Origin: Mobula hypostoma
Lineage: Eukaryota
Assembly: GCF_963921235.1 (NCBI RefSeq)
Contig: NC_086118.1
Location: forward strand, 17,176,001 to 17,240,000
DNA: 64,000 nucleotides
Direction of reading: 5' to 3'
Under the pieces are notes generated by a model. That model had not been told where the DNA came from, did not search any database, and saw nothing but the letters and a program-made list of their open reading frames with translations. The position numbers were made by a program, and so were the translations under genes. This document shows, one piece after another, positions 24,294 through 38,110 of this stretch (position 1 is its first letter; every line of letters starts with the position of its first letter).

Positions 24294-25349
24294 TACTACC
24301 TTGAGATTAATTTTCTTGCAGGCATTCACTGGAAAAAGAGTGCAATAGAATTTATGAAAAACTGTACACCACTGCCAATGTACAAAAGAAGACAAACTTG
24401 CAAATAAAAGAAATAATACTGAGAATGTCAGTTGTAAAGAGTCCTTGAAAGGGATAATCCTTTAGGAAGTGTTGAGTTGAGAATGAAGTCCGTACTGTTC
24501 TAAGGACTCAAAAAGAAAATCACTGGTGTGACCAGAGAAAGGAATCAAATAGATCTTCTCTCTGTAAATGAAGGGTTGCTACAGATTAGCAAAGCAGTTT
24601 AGCAGTAGAGAATGCATCTTTAGAATAAGAGAACAAGGTGTTATATGCTTGTGTCTCTAGTGACAGGTGCTGCTTCTAATGCATTCCCTACTTTGATTTT
24701 ACTACTGCACAACTGGTTCTACTTTGTCTGTTACTATGACTGAAAATTAACTCCTCTCCCACCACAAATTCCAAACATTTGCGAGGAAGTGTATAAAAAT
24801 GCAGATCTACTTCATAATCCAGGAGCCCTTTGCTGTCATCCAGTTCTTTGTTTTATTGGTTTGTCCTGTTTAATTTTAAGAGCTCTACAACAAGCTGTTC
24901 TGAACACTAATGTTGTAGCAAATTAAACTAAATTCAGAAGCACTAAAATAAAGTGACATTTGATTTAAATCTTGTATATAGCCCACGAGGCTTGCAGTTG
25001 TTCACAGTGAACTGGGTAGTAAATAGAAGTGTAAGATTTCAACTTACAGTATATCCAAGATATGGAAAGTTTGTTTACTGCAGATCAAATATCAGATATT
25101 TTCTGCTTTCCCAGTGCATGCATTTTCTCTACATGTCCTGCAGAGTGAATATACTGTAATTCTGATGATAAACAATGTCAAATTACAAAATAGAAAGGAA
25201 GTATTACTTGATAACACCCACTGTATGTACTATTTTCAAACAGCCTTATGTTAAAATATCAAAATAACTTTTGCTGACTTTTATAAGTAACTCCAAAACG
25301 AGTTAATTGATTTGGTAATTAAATAATTTGCTTTTATTTTTGACCAAAA

Positions 25350-25470
25350 AACAAGAGAAAATCTGCAGATGCTGGAAATCGAAACAAAGTACACAAAATG
25401 CTGGAGGAGCTCAGCAGGCCAGGCAGCATCTATGGAGAAGAGTACAGTCGACGTTTCAGGCCGAGACCCT
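25350..25470 (-). mobile_element. Penelope terminal-repeat fragment
   Basis: Similar to 14312-14432; hammerhead truncated before the CUGANGA box. Confidence 0.75.
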
Positions 25471-25639
25471 GGTAATGTCAGAATGAAGCTAAAGCAAATT
25501 AACCTGCACAGCATTTCTGGCTGTTGCCAATACTTGTGGTGCTGACATTTTGAGACCTACAATCATCAAGGACAGGAATGCTGTATAAGCATTCTCCTCA
25601 CATTAGCCATTTTCAATTAGCCCAAGCACGATTCGCAAA

Positions 25640-26940
25640 TATCAGAATCAGATTTAATATCACTGACATATGTCATGAAAATCATTGTTTTTGTAGCAGC
25701 AATACAATGCAATTCATAATAAAAACTGTGAATGACAGTAAAATATATATATAATTTAAATTAACTAGTGCCCAAAAAAGATAGTGCTCACGGGTTCAAT
25801 GTCCATTCAGAAATCTGATGGCAGAGGGGAAGTAGCTGTTCCTGAATCACTGAGTATGTGCCTTCTGGCTCCGCTACCTCATCCCTGATGGTAGCGATGA
25901 GAAAAGAGCATGTGCTGGATGATGGGGGTTCATACGGGTGGATGTCAACTTTCTGAGGCATCGCTCCCTGAAGACGTCCTGGACGCTGGGAGACTGATGC
26001 CCATGAAAGAGCGGACTGAGTTCACAACTTTCTGCAGCTTATTTGATCCTGTGCAGAGCCCAACACCCCCCCCCCAACTCCACATAGCAAGCAGAAATGC
26101 AGCCTGTTAGAATGCTCCCCACAGTACATCTGTAGAAATTTGCAAGCACCTTTGGTGACATACCAAATTCCCTCAACTCCGAATGAAATATAGCCACTGC
26201 TGTGCCTTCTTTGTAACTGCATCGATGTGTTGGGCCCAGGATAGATCCTCAGAGATGTTGACACCCAGGGACTTGAAATTGTTCACTCTTTGCACTTCTG
26301 ATCACTCTATGAAGACTGGTGTGTGTTTCCTCACCTTACGCTTTCTGAAGTCCACAATCAGTTCTTTGGTCTTACTGACAATGAGTGCAATGTTGTTGCT
26401 GCGACACCTCTCAACGAGCTGATATATCTTGCTCCCGTATGCCTTGCCATCACCATCTGAAATTCTGCCAACAATAGCTGCGTCATCAGCAATTTATAAT
26501 GACATTTGAGCTGTGCCTAGCCACACAAGCATTGGTGTAGAGTAAAGCATCAGGATAAGCACGCATCCTTGATGTGTGACAGTGTTGATTAACAGTGAGG
26601 TGGAGATGTTATTTCAGATCTGCTCAGAGTGTAGTCTTCTGGTGAGGAAGTCAAGGATCCAGTTGCAGAGGGCAGTCCAGGTTTTGGAGCTTTTCAATTA
26701 GACATGTAGGAATGATTATGTTAAATGCCAAGCTGTAGTCAATAAACTGTGGCCCGATATAAGTATTAGTATTGTCCAGGTGATCCATTGCAAAATGAAG
26801 AGCAAATGAGATCACATTTGCTGTAGATCTATTGTGGTGATAGGCAAAATGCAGTGGGTCCAGGTCTTTGCTGAAACAGGATTCTAACCATAACCAACCT
26901 CTCAAACACTTCACCACCGTAGATGCAAGTGCTACTGGAT
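25640..26940 (-). mobile_element. Rex1/Babar LINE fragment, degraded
   Basis: LDPLHFAYHHNRST, FIDYSLAFNIIIP (ORF 26651-26917); (GATTCT) tail. Confidence 0.85.
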
Positions 26941-28065
26941 GAAGATGCGGCAGAACATAAAGATATGATCTGATTCATTGTTGATGATATCAGTTAGCTC
27001 TGCCTATTCCTTTACCCCAAGTTGTGTCTTTCCTACTTTTTGTGCTGCTTCCCATGTTTTTTCTTATTCATCAACTAAGGTGGACAAAGGTTTATTACCC
27101 AGTTTTGACCTGATGTCATGAGACTTCAAATGCTGAGGACAACCAGAGCTATTCCCTACTACCTGTACATTAGTGCATCTTCAGCCCCAATGTGGAAGCA
27201 AGAGGCTGCCAATGCTGGAATCTGGAGCAACAAACAAGCTGCGGGAGGAACTTGGCAGATCAGCTAACATCTGTGGAAAGAAATGAAGCCCCTTCATCGG
27301 GACTGAAAGAGTGGAGTTTAACATGAAACGTCAACTGTTCACTTCCCTTACAGACGAAAGGTGACCCACTAAGTTCCTCCGTCATCTCATTTGTTTCACT
27401 CCTTACAGACACGTCCTGTAAGCAGGACAGTGCATATCCAGTGATTGTGATGGAGGCGCTGTCGGTGTAATTAGTATCAATGAGGTACAATTCTGTATGT
27501 GAGATTACGTCAAGATATTTCTTAACCGGCCTACAAGATAACTCTCCCAATATCAGAACTATTCTCCAGATACTCATGAAGACAACTTTACAAGGTTGCC
27601 TGGGCTGGGAGCAGCTCAGCCAAGTTGAAATTTGATGCCAATGCCTGGCAGGCAGCCTGCTTTTTTACTCCAATTATCCCTTTTAACATTGTGAGTGTAA
27701 CATGACTGCAAGGATTAGGGGGTCATTTCAGAGGGCAGTCAAGAGGCAAGGCAGATCACACAGGGATGGAAGATTTCCTCCCTTGAATGACAGCAATAAA
27801 CCTGATGGGATTTTTACAGCAACACAGTAATTTGGTCATCATTTTCACAAACAAATAAAACCAACATTAAAAATTAAATCATATTATTGTCGAAATTTAT
27901 ATTGAACAGTTGCAATACTGGGATTGAACAAATCTCAGCACACTCTTCATCCAAATATCCAGGATAGGAGTCTGACAACACCCACTGCAACACCAATCAC
28001 ATCCAATATTTGGTTCACAAATATTCTAGGTAACTGGTAGCTGCAACTGCTGTTATTATGAGCAG

Positions 28066-28342
28066 TGTACGTAAGTAACTTTTATATTTCTTGAATTTGT
28101 GCTATGTGCTTGTGTAGTGAATTTAATATTGGAGTAATATTGTACATATATTGTTTGATTAGGCATTCCTTGTTTGCTTACATAATTCATTATGGTTTAT
28201 GTGCAAGAAGTACATGAATGGCATACGTCATTACGGGACCACGTCATATTTGAGTGCTCCACTGACCCAAAGCGAAATACACCAGTATCCCTGGGCTGCA
28301 CGTTTTTCTTTCCTTTAGTTTCTGAAGTTACAAAATGTTGCA
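28066..28342 (+). mobile_element. Degraded solo-LTR-like repeat
   Basis: Dispersed similarity to 62934-63184, with TG...CA ends. Confidence 0.45.
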
Positions 28343-28929
28343 GTTTGTACCTCTAAGATCCAAGTCAAGTCCAGTTGTATTTACTGTTATGCACACAAGT
28401 ACAGTGAAAAACTTGTGAGCAGCAGCACCTCAAGTACATAGGTTCAGACAACACACTGAACATACATATTACACAACATTATACCAAATGGTATGACGCA
28501 AGGTTTATTTTTGCATCAATGTGCTTAATTGTGTATTGCTAACTATCAATAAAGAATGTTGGGCAAGAACTTGTGTCATGGTCACACATAATAAAGAGCA
28601 ACAGAGAGAAGAATCTTCAGATTCTGTATTGGCAACAAGTTTGAGATACAAACAATAACTGACTCGAAAGAAAGCAACCATGTGTGAGGAAAAAGACACT
28701 GGTGTTCTGTTAAAAGAAAAAGGTAATAATGGCAAAGAGTGATCCTGATAGACAGCAGGGGAGCAGGGTAAGTACAAGTGGTCTCAGCCATTTTTTTCCG
28801 ACCCTGTATAAGCAACAGACACACAGTGCCCAAGAACAATCATATTGTCAGGGTTCCAGGAGAGAACAAAGAACAGAGCCAGATGATATATGAGTGAGTG
28901 AGTGAGAGAGAACGAACACGTGTGCCAAG

Positions 28930-29120
28930 GTAACGTCGTGTTTAGCGTGATGCTATACAGCTTGGTGTGTTCCAGCACATTCGGAGTTCAATTCCAGTGC
29001 CGTCCTTAAGGAGTCTGTACTCCTTCCATGGAATCAGTGGGTTTTCCCCGGTTCCCCCTTCCTCTCCAGGGTATAAAGATGCAGAAAGGTCCTCCTCTGC
29101 GCTGTGTCGCTAAAATAAAG
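28930..29120 (+). mobile_element. Degraded V-SINE fragment
   Basis: B-box-like GTTCAATTCC and an eroded V-domain. Confidence 0.5.
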
Positions 29121-29769
29121 CAAGGTAGTGCTTAAATGACAAGCCATTGAGGTTACAAACTTTATGGACATGACAGAAGTATCCAAGGAGATACTGTGAG
29201 AATTTTTATGGGATATTTTAAAGCAGTACCTTGAAATTTTTTTTATGAGTTACAGATTTGTAATGTGCAGCCAATGACCACAGGGAATGGTGAGCAAATA
29301 TATAATTTGGTTAAAAAAAATAGATTTGCCTTTTAAAATAAACTTGCTTCCATCTGCAAAAAATAAACAGCCTACATTTTTTCTTTATTCACCCTATATC
29401 AGGTATAATAGGCAAAGCACTGAACTGGCAGAATCTCAGCAAGACGAATCTCTACATCAATGAACATATGTAAGACTTACACCTGGTCTGCACAAGTCCA
29501 GGACTTAACTACTTGGGAGTGGTAGTAGAATTGCTAGTCAAAACATAAGTTCTTAAGCCCAATTTCTCTCTACAGAAATGCTAACTGATCTGTTAAGTAA
29601 TTCAAGCACTTTCTGATTCATTTCATCTTCAAGAACTTATCCGATAAACTGCATTGTTATATCATCCATGCAAAGAAAATTCTATTATAGGAGTGGTTTG
29701 TGCTGGGAATGGGGTGTGAGGAAAGCCAATCCAGAGCAAGAAGCTTCATTTTCTCTGTACAAAAGTATA

Positions 29770-30291
29770 TACTCAGTAAAAAGCCACTTTATTAGGTACG
29801 CCTGTTTGTTAAGGCAAGTATCTAGTCAGCCAATCAGGTGGCAGCAACTCGAAACATAAAATCATGTTGACATGGTCAAGAAGTTCTATTGTTGTTCAGA
29901 CCAAACACCAGAATGGGGAAGAAATGTGATCTTAGTGACTTTGACTGCAAAATGATTTTGGTGCCTTACAGTGTGGTTTGAGTATCTCGAAACTGCTGAG
30001 CTCCTGAGATTTTCACACACAAGGTTCTCTGGAATTTACAGAGAATGGTGCAAGAAACAAAAAGCATCCAGTGAGTGGCAATTCTGTGGTTAAAAATGCA
30101 TTGTTAAAGAGAAGTCAGAGAAGAATGGCCAGGCAGGTTCAAGCTGACAGGAAGGTGACAGTAACTCGAGTAACCATGTGTTGCTACAGTGATGTGCAAA
30201 AGAGCACCTCTGAATGCACAGTGCTCAAACTTTGAAGTGGATAGACCATGCTGGGTTCCACTCCTGTATCTAATAAAGTGGCCACTGAGTG
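29770..30291 (+). mobile_element. Non-autonomous Tc1-family element
   Basis: Same family as 23510-24029; right TIR TAATAAAGTGGCCACTGAGTG followed by TA. Confidence 0.82.
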
Positions 30292-30734
30292 TATGTGAGG
30301 ACATTGGGGAAAGTGGCCAAAAATTTAGTGAAATGTTTATATTTTCAGAAACAACCTGAAAAGTTTTTTAAAAATGCTGCAGAAGTACAGTGAGTTTGGA
30401 AAGGAATTTCAAGGAATAGAGGATTAGTAGATGGAAAAGAATGATAAAATTCAAAGATAACAGAGTTCAAAATTTCAGAAATAACAGAGAGATAGAAAGA
30501 CAGAGCAAGAAAAGACAGATAAACAGGAAGGAGGTTAGGCTAAAGAATGGGAAAAATATTGAGGTATTGCTCAACTCATAGTCAGGTCAGAGAACATCTT
30601 CAGAGAGTTGATATTTCAGATCAAGGACTCTCCCCTGATGCTCTCCGACTGCAAAATGATTCCAGCATTTTCCACTTCTGTTCTGAATTTCCAGATTATG
30701 AGGAAATAACTCATTATCAGTGTAGTCCTGATGT

Positions 30735-31850
30735 TGTTCAAAGTAAATTTATCAAAGTACATACACAATATTTCACCATATACAACTCTTCAGTTTCGTT
30801 TTCCTTCATGCATACACAGTAAATCCAAGAAACACAATAAAATTAATGAAAAACCACACACAGGACGGACAAACAATATGCAAAGGACAACTATGAAAAT
30901 ATGAAAGAAAAAAGTAACAATAATAATTATAAACAACTAAGAAATAAATATTGAGAACATGAGATGAAGAGTTTTTGAAAGTGAGTCCATAGGTTGTGGG
31001 AACAATTCACTTCTGGGGCGAGTGAAGTTAACCCCTCTAGTTCAAGAGCCTGCGGCTGAGGGCTGATAAATTTTCCTGAAGCTGGTGGTGAGAGTCCTGA
31101 GGCTCCAGTACATGCCTTTTCAAAACAGACCATTGCATGGTCCTGTGATAGTGCTCTGCGTAGGTGTGCTCAGTATTGGGGAGGGTTTTACTGATAATGG
31201 ACTAGGCCATTTGTAGGATTTTCCATTCAAGGGCATTGTGTTTCCATACCAGATGGTGATGCACCAGTCAATATACTTTCAATCACACGTCTATAGAAGT
31301 TTGTCAAAATTTTAGATGTTTTGCCAAATTTTCGATACTTCTATGGAAGTAGAGATGCTACGTGCTTTCTTTGTAATTGCACTTATGTGCTGTGCCCAGG
31401 ATGGACATTTTGAAATGGTGACACAGAGGAATTTCAAGTTGCTGATCCTTTCCACCTCTGAATCCCTGAGGACTGGCTCATAGACCTCCATTTTTCTCCT
31501 CCTGAAATCAATGATCAGCTCCTTGGTCTTGCTGACATTCAATGTCAGCAAGGCAGTTGTCATGGCACCACTCAACCAGATTTTCAATCCCTGTCCTTGT
31601 CACCACTTTTGATTTAGCCAACAACAGTGGTGTCATCAACAAAGTATGGCAATCAAGCTGTGCTTAGCCTTGCAGTCATAAGTATAAAGCAAGTAGAGCA
31701 GGGGACTAAGCACAGAGTCTTGTGATGCATCTGCGCTGATGGAGATTGTGGAGGAAATGTTATTGTCAAGCCAGATTGACTGGGCTCTGCAGGTGAGGAA
31801 ATCAAGAAGCTTATTGATTGATTTTGAGGGGATTATAGTGTTGAATCCCT
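30735..31850 (-). mobile_element. Rex1/Babar LINE fragment, degraded
   Basis: [15 protein letters not shown] (ORF 31312-31587). Confidence 0.8.
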
Positions 31851-32955
31851 AACAGGGATAGAGTTCCTCTTGTTCTCACCAACCACCCTGTGAGTCTCCA
31901 CATTCAATACATCATTCTCCACAACTTCAGGCATCTTCAACAGGAACCTACCACCAAACAAATCCTTATCTCCCACCACTCTGCTTTCTGTGGGGATCAC
32001 TCCCTCCATAATTCCCTTATCCATTCATACCTTCCCACTTATCTTCCTTCTGGGACATAGCCCTGTAAGTGGCTAAAATGCTACACCTGCCCATTTACAT
32101 CCTCCCTTACCTCCATTTAGGACCCCAAATAGTCCCTCCCAGTGAAGCAAAACTTCACCCTTCACCTGCAAGTTTGCTGGGGTCATCTACTGAATCCAGT
32201 GCTCCTGTTTCTGTCTCCCCTACATTGGTGAAGCCCGATATAAATTTGGGGACTGCTTTGTTGATTCGCCAAGAGCAGAATTTCCTAGTAGCAAACCATT
32301 TTAATCCTATCCCCATTCCCACATGTCAGTCCATGGACTCCTCTTTTGACACGATAAAGCCACTCTCAGGGTGCAGCAGCAACACCTCATATTCCATCTG
32401 GGTAGCATCCAACCTGAGGGCATGAACATCACTTTTTCCTTCCAGCAAAAATTTCCCTTCCCCTTCTTCTATTCCCCACTCTGGCCTCTTATCACTTCTC
32501 CTCACCTGCCTATCACCTCTTCCTGATACTCCTCCTTCTTCCCTTCCTCACATGGTCCACTCTCCTCTCCTGTCAAATTCCTTTTTCTCCAACACTTAAC
32601 CTTGATCACACACCTGGCTTCAGCCCTATCACCTTCTATCTACCTTTTCATTCTGTCCTCTTCCCCTTTCCTTCTCAGTCCTGAAGAAGGATCTCAGCCC
32701 GAAACGTCGACTGTTTATTCATTTCTATAGATAGTGCCTAACCTGCTGAGTTCTTCCAGCATTTTGTGTGCGTTGCTCTGTTTCTCCAGCTTTGGCATAA
32801 TCTCTGGCTTTTGCCCTCTGTCCTTCCAGTTGTGCCGAAGGGTCTTGATCCATAATATTGACTGTTCATTTTCCTCCATCAACGTTATCTGTTCAGTTCT
32901 TCCAGCATTTTGTGTGTGTTGCACCAGATTTCCAGCGCCTGTATTCTCTTGTGTC
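31851..32955 (+). mobile_element. Degraded Penelope element with a tandem partial terminal repeat
   Basis: Homologous to 14312-15360 in the opposite orientation; second eroded repeat at about 32815-32955. Confidence 0.8.
32676..32713 (+). ncRNA. Minimal type I hammerhead ribozyme
   Basis: CAGTC-CTGAAGA-AGGATCTCAGCCC-GAAA-CGTC-GACTG; 5-bp stem I intact, stem II weakened. Confidence 0.65.
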
Positions 32956-34564
32956 ACCAAATGGTTAATATATTGCGAACTGGGAGAGAGCTCTAGCCAG
33001 CAATAGGCACAGAAAGTATAGTTGGAATATAATAAGTAGGCTCTGAGTGTTGATCAAAAGAAGGGAATGATAATAAACAGATCTATGAATAAAGTGATGA
33101 GAAGAATGTGACAGAGAACATAAAGTGGAAAGTACCCACAGCAGAGAGAGCTTTGTGAAGGATGTTAAGACAATGAACTGAGGGTAGCAAAATAATCAGA
33201 TAGAACTTGGAAAAGTTCCACACAAATATTTGATATACTGTAGACACAAAGGAAAATAGTGAGGATATCTGGATGAAAACATTTTAATTGTGTCAGGCCA
33301 CGCATTAGAGAATGACCGTAGTAAATAAGAGTCAAAAGGGACGGAGCTACGTTGAGCATTTGAAAGAAAAGAAAATATGGAGTACATTGCTTTTCTACTC
33401 TACTAACAATGCTATTCTGTTGATATGTTACCCAACACATGCTCATTAATTCCTTAAACTCTCCCAAAATCCACTACAGAATGCACAGACTGATAACAGA
33501 GGACAAGACAATTTCAAACAACATGTATATAGCTTGCTCAAGGGCTCTTCATAGGCTGCATATGGAATGTTCTATAAACATTGCTGATGTCCAGAGACCA
33601 GGTGGTCACATGACACATTCCTTAAAGGAGTAACAATTAAAGTTCCTAACCAATGCACGATGAGCAATGCACTAACTCAGAAATGACAAGGCTAGTTTGT
33701 GCCCTAAGATGGTTACAAAACTCATCTCTATTCCTTTTACGTTTAATATATTGGCAGTGCCTTATTTGTTTCACTATTTTTCAAACTAGCTCGTTTTCCT
33801 TCCTCCTATTTGATTGTACAGTGGGGAACTGACTTTAATTTACTCTTTAATTTGAAAAATGCTTCCCAATGGCCCAGCAGGATTGCCATACTGAACAAGA
33901 CTGGAAAGAGTTCCAGTTTGAGTTGGGCAGAGGCACTGCAAGAGACTTCATTACCTTTACGTTATTAAGGACCAGGTTTCCAGCTTTTGGTGGCAATGAG
34001 ATTTAGACTAGTCAGGGAATTTTGTACAGTGAGGAGTGGGGGGAGGTTGAGGAAATAGTGGGTGGGTGGCAGCTCTTGTGACATCTGGAAATCAAAACAG
34101 AACATTACAGAACAGGTAAAGGCCAGTCAGCTCATCATGCCTGCACCAACCATAATGCCAATCTAACTAATCTCATCTGCCTACACATGTCCACGTCCCA
34201 CTATCCCCGGCCTGTTCATGTGCTTGTCAAAATGATTTTTAAACTTTGTTATCATATCTGTTTCTACGATCTCCTTTGGCAGCACATTCCAGCACCTAAA
34301 ACTTTCTGCATAAATGAAGTCTTGCAAATATCCTTCGGACTAGCTTGCTGCAACTTTTGACAATTTTCTCTTATTCCAATAACCTCTTCACCTTTTAACT
34401 GGTTTGATAAATGTGTTGCAAAACTTAACTGTGGCCTTCTATCAAATTTATTTCCTGGTGATCTCTTGGGCTTTATCAGAAACAAGGACAAAAGGTACAT
34501 TCACGGAACCATAGTGATTGTTTAGGGATTGGCTAATTGGAAGAAAGGTAAAAGACAGAAGCCA

Positions 34565-35360
34565 AGTAACACGTACAAGATGCTGGAGGAACTCAGCAGG
34601 CCAAGCAGCATCTTTGGAATAGAGTACAGGTGACGTTTTGGGTTGAGAAACTTCAGCAGGACTGGAGAAAAAAAAAGATGGGTAGAGTTAAAATGTGGGG
34701 GGTAATGGTGAAGAGAGAAACACAAGGTGACAGGTGAAACTGGGAGGGGAGGTATGAAGTAAAGAGCTGGGAAGTTATTTAGTGAAAGAGATACAGGGCT
34801 GGAGAAGGGGGAGTCTAATAGGCGAGGACAGAAGGCCATGGAAAAAAGAAAAGGGGGAGGGGGAGCACAGAGGAGGCGATGGGCAGGCAAAGAGATAAGG
34901 TGGGAGAGGAAAAAGGGGATGAGGTTTCTCAAACCTCCAGTAATGACCACTCCTCCTTCATCATTCCCCATCCCCTTTTTCTTCTCTCATGTTAACTCCT
35001 TTCCTGCCCAGCACCTCCCTCTGGTGCTTCTCCCCGCTTTTCTTCTTCCATGGCCTTCTGTCCTCTATTAGATTCCTCCCTTCTCCAGGCCTTTATCACT
35101 TTCACCAATCAACTTTCCAGCTCTTTACTTCACCCCTCCCCCTCCCAGTTTCACCTATCACCTCATGTTTCTCCCTTCCTTTCCCTCTACCCACCTTTTA
35201 ACTCTACTCCTCGTCTTTTTTTCTCCAGTCCTGCTGAAGAGTCTCAGCCCGAAACATCAACTGTACTCTTTTCCACAGATGCTGCCCGGCCTGCTGAGTT
35301 CCTCTAGCATTTTGTGTTTGTGTTGCTCGGATTTGCAGCATCACCAGATTTTCTCTTGTT
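34565..35360. repeat. Inverted pair of Penelope terminal repeats
   Basis: About 34565-34925 (minus) and 34960-35360 (plus) are imperfect reverse complements; both carry mutated hammerhead cores (CTGCTGA). Confidence 0.78.
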
Positions 35361-37775
35361 TAGCCAATCTAGATGCTAAAGAAGTTTCACGAATTGTATA
35401 GTGCTCAAGGGCAAGGATAGTGGTTAGGATGGACACTCAACGATTCAGGAACAGCTTCTTCCCCTCTGCCATCATATACACACTTACTGTAATTTATAGT
35501 TTTTATTATTATGTATTGCAATGTTCTGCTGCCACATAACAACAGATTTCATGATACACGCCAGCGACATTGAAACTGATTCAGATTCTGGACACTGGAA
35601 TCAATGAGAATAAGAGGTTGCACAGTACAGACACTGAGGGAGGAAAGTAGGGAAGGGTAGAAAGGGTGTGCAGAGGATGGAAAGTTGGGAAAACAGACAG
35701 AAATGTGGGAAATATTGTAATAACATATTTACAGGATAGCTTGTTGAAAATGGAGAAAATGCTCTTGCTCCTCCTGGACAGAGCCGTGCTAATCTCCTCA
35801 ATTTGGCCCTCTGACTTACCTGCAGTGCCAGATTGCAGGAGGTCTGAGAAACTCTGACTAAAAACAGAGTAACTATTGCAATGCAGGCAGGCTAACAACC
35901 CAAACTATTTAAAGGACCAATTCAGTTTCCGGAAGCAGATTACACTCTCACCAGTCATGCCAGCTCAATTAAGGCAGAAAGTGGATGTGTACAACACAGA
36001 AGCCATACATGTCCCAGACTAAAATGGTCCAGAATTTAATCTATCCATTTTTGGGATCGAAGACTTGTTCATCAGAGTATGATTTCCTGAGAAAGAGTTG
36101 CATTAGTTTGATCTCCACAGTGAAATTGTGTATTAAATTTCAACCATTATTAGCAAACACTCTGGGAAATATAATGGATGGTCCTCGACATTGGAAATCT
36201 GAGACATAACCAGGATTTTTAAAAATCAAGAAATAGAAAAAAATTAGTTAAATGATAATTGTTTAATATTAAACCTGATAGCTAAATATTATTCTATGGT
36301 AACTGCGAATTTTCAATATTTTAAAGTTAGAAATAATGAAGTCGGAATTTCCCTTCTCATTCATGGCATCACTTTATTGATGGCCAGGTTCCTGTTTCAT
36401 CTTATTGAGGAGCCAATTCAGAGGGAAACAAATGGAAGTACAGTTGATCGGGAGTAATGAGAGTTAAACAGGTCTGGTAGTTCGACAGGTCTGTAAAAAA
36501 AATCACGTCAGGATTTTCTGGGAAAATACGAGTGGGTCCATGTGAGAGACTTCAAAACATTTGATAGCTTTGAAGGAAGACAAAATTGGAGAAGTAGCTT
36601 TGTAGTCTGGCTTTCAATCAGCCACTTTAGAGGGCCTGGTTATAATCCATGCACCTTGCTACATTTCATTGTACAAGCTACTGCTAAGCAGGTTTTTAAA
36701 GTGTTCAAACTAAAGTTCATGACATGGAATTGAGCAGCAGAATATTGCCATTTCACACTTTGAGTTGTTCTTGCATGATTATCTTTCAAAATTCTGCTGT
36801 GCCCAAAGTGCGCCCAGTCACAGAAGTGAATATTCCTGTTAAATTAAAATTCTGTGACTTTAGAACACACAACCACCGATTTGCATGTGGTGATGACAGT
36901 AGTTCAGTGGATATTGTTGGGTGATAACGATCATTAAAGACCTTATGGGGAAAAGCCTGTTTTCTTCAAATACTGATATGAGATCTTCTCCATTCACTTG
37001 CGAGGGTGGATCAGAAGTTAAGGGCTCAACTGAAAGACAACATTGACAACAATGCAGCAATCCTTGGTGAAACAATGAACCTTTAAATTTGGGGTCCTAC
37101 TTTCAATACTTCCCTTAAAACCAACATATAAAGAATTATGATCAATTTAAAAACATAATATTTTGATATCTAATTCTGTTACATTTTATAATTCATTAAA
37201 ACAAGGGGGTGGGGCTGATGACATCACTGGAGAACACTCGAGGTCATCAAGGGGTCAATAAATGGAAAGTAGAATAATTAGCAGCAAGATGCTGTGGAGA
37301 ACATGTCCTTCCTATGTCTGCATTAACTCCTTTACAAAACATATACAGAAACTCCTCAATTCAAATTCTCTTTACAAATTATTAATAAGTCTCTGATAAC
37401 TAAAAATAACTGGTGGCAAAAAAATGTTTTGAGAACTGACAGTGAAAAAATAATTAAAATAGGTATCTGATAAAAACATTTCAGTCATTAATATAATGCA
37501 TAAGTACCTATTCCATTAATACCACGATAACTAGCATCATGTTAATCTAAATAAATAAGTGAACGCATTTCTTAAACAAACATTACTTATATCATGGTAA
37601 TTGCCCGAGGTATTGTTACGCAGCAGATATTACACGAGTGTACTCAAGTAGGTATCTGAGACTTCCTGTTGGTGAAAATAGACACACCACAAACTACTTC
37701 AAGGTTCAGGAAGAAATTTGCAACCAAGAGTGCGCACTAAAAAAAACTCAACACAAGAATGAAAGTAAAAACTAC

Positions 37776-38110
37776 CTCTGCGTCCTGAGGCTGAGTAGTA
37801 TGCGGGTCGCAATTTCGTAACTTGTACAAATGTTGCTGAGGAAAAACTTTTCCTGTGTCTTAATTTTTATTTGGATCACAGACTGATAGCTGTGACTAAG
37901 GCAAACTGGAACTACAACGGATAAGTAGCTGGTTTTTGCTGACTGCCGGGAACAGCCGAAAACAATGCTGACGGAAATAACCGAACGCTCCTGAGGATCA
38001 GCGTCTTCTGCGGGAGCGCGCCGCCAAATTAAAGGCTCCTCTGCTCAAAAGCGGTTCCCACGGAAAAAGCCGAATCAAAATTGTTGCTGACGGAAACGGT
38101 CGAATAAATT
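37776..38110. promoter_or_regulatory. CpG-rich promoter-like region / candidate first exon of copy B
   Basis: About 20 CpGs in ~330 bp of non-repeat DNA; E2F-like GCGGGAGCGCGCCGCCAAA (38010-38028); TGCTGACGGAAA twice (37966, 38085); minus-strand donor GAG|GTAGTT at 37775. Confidence 0.6.
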
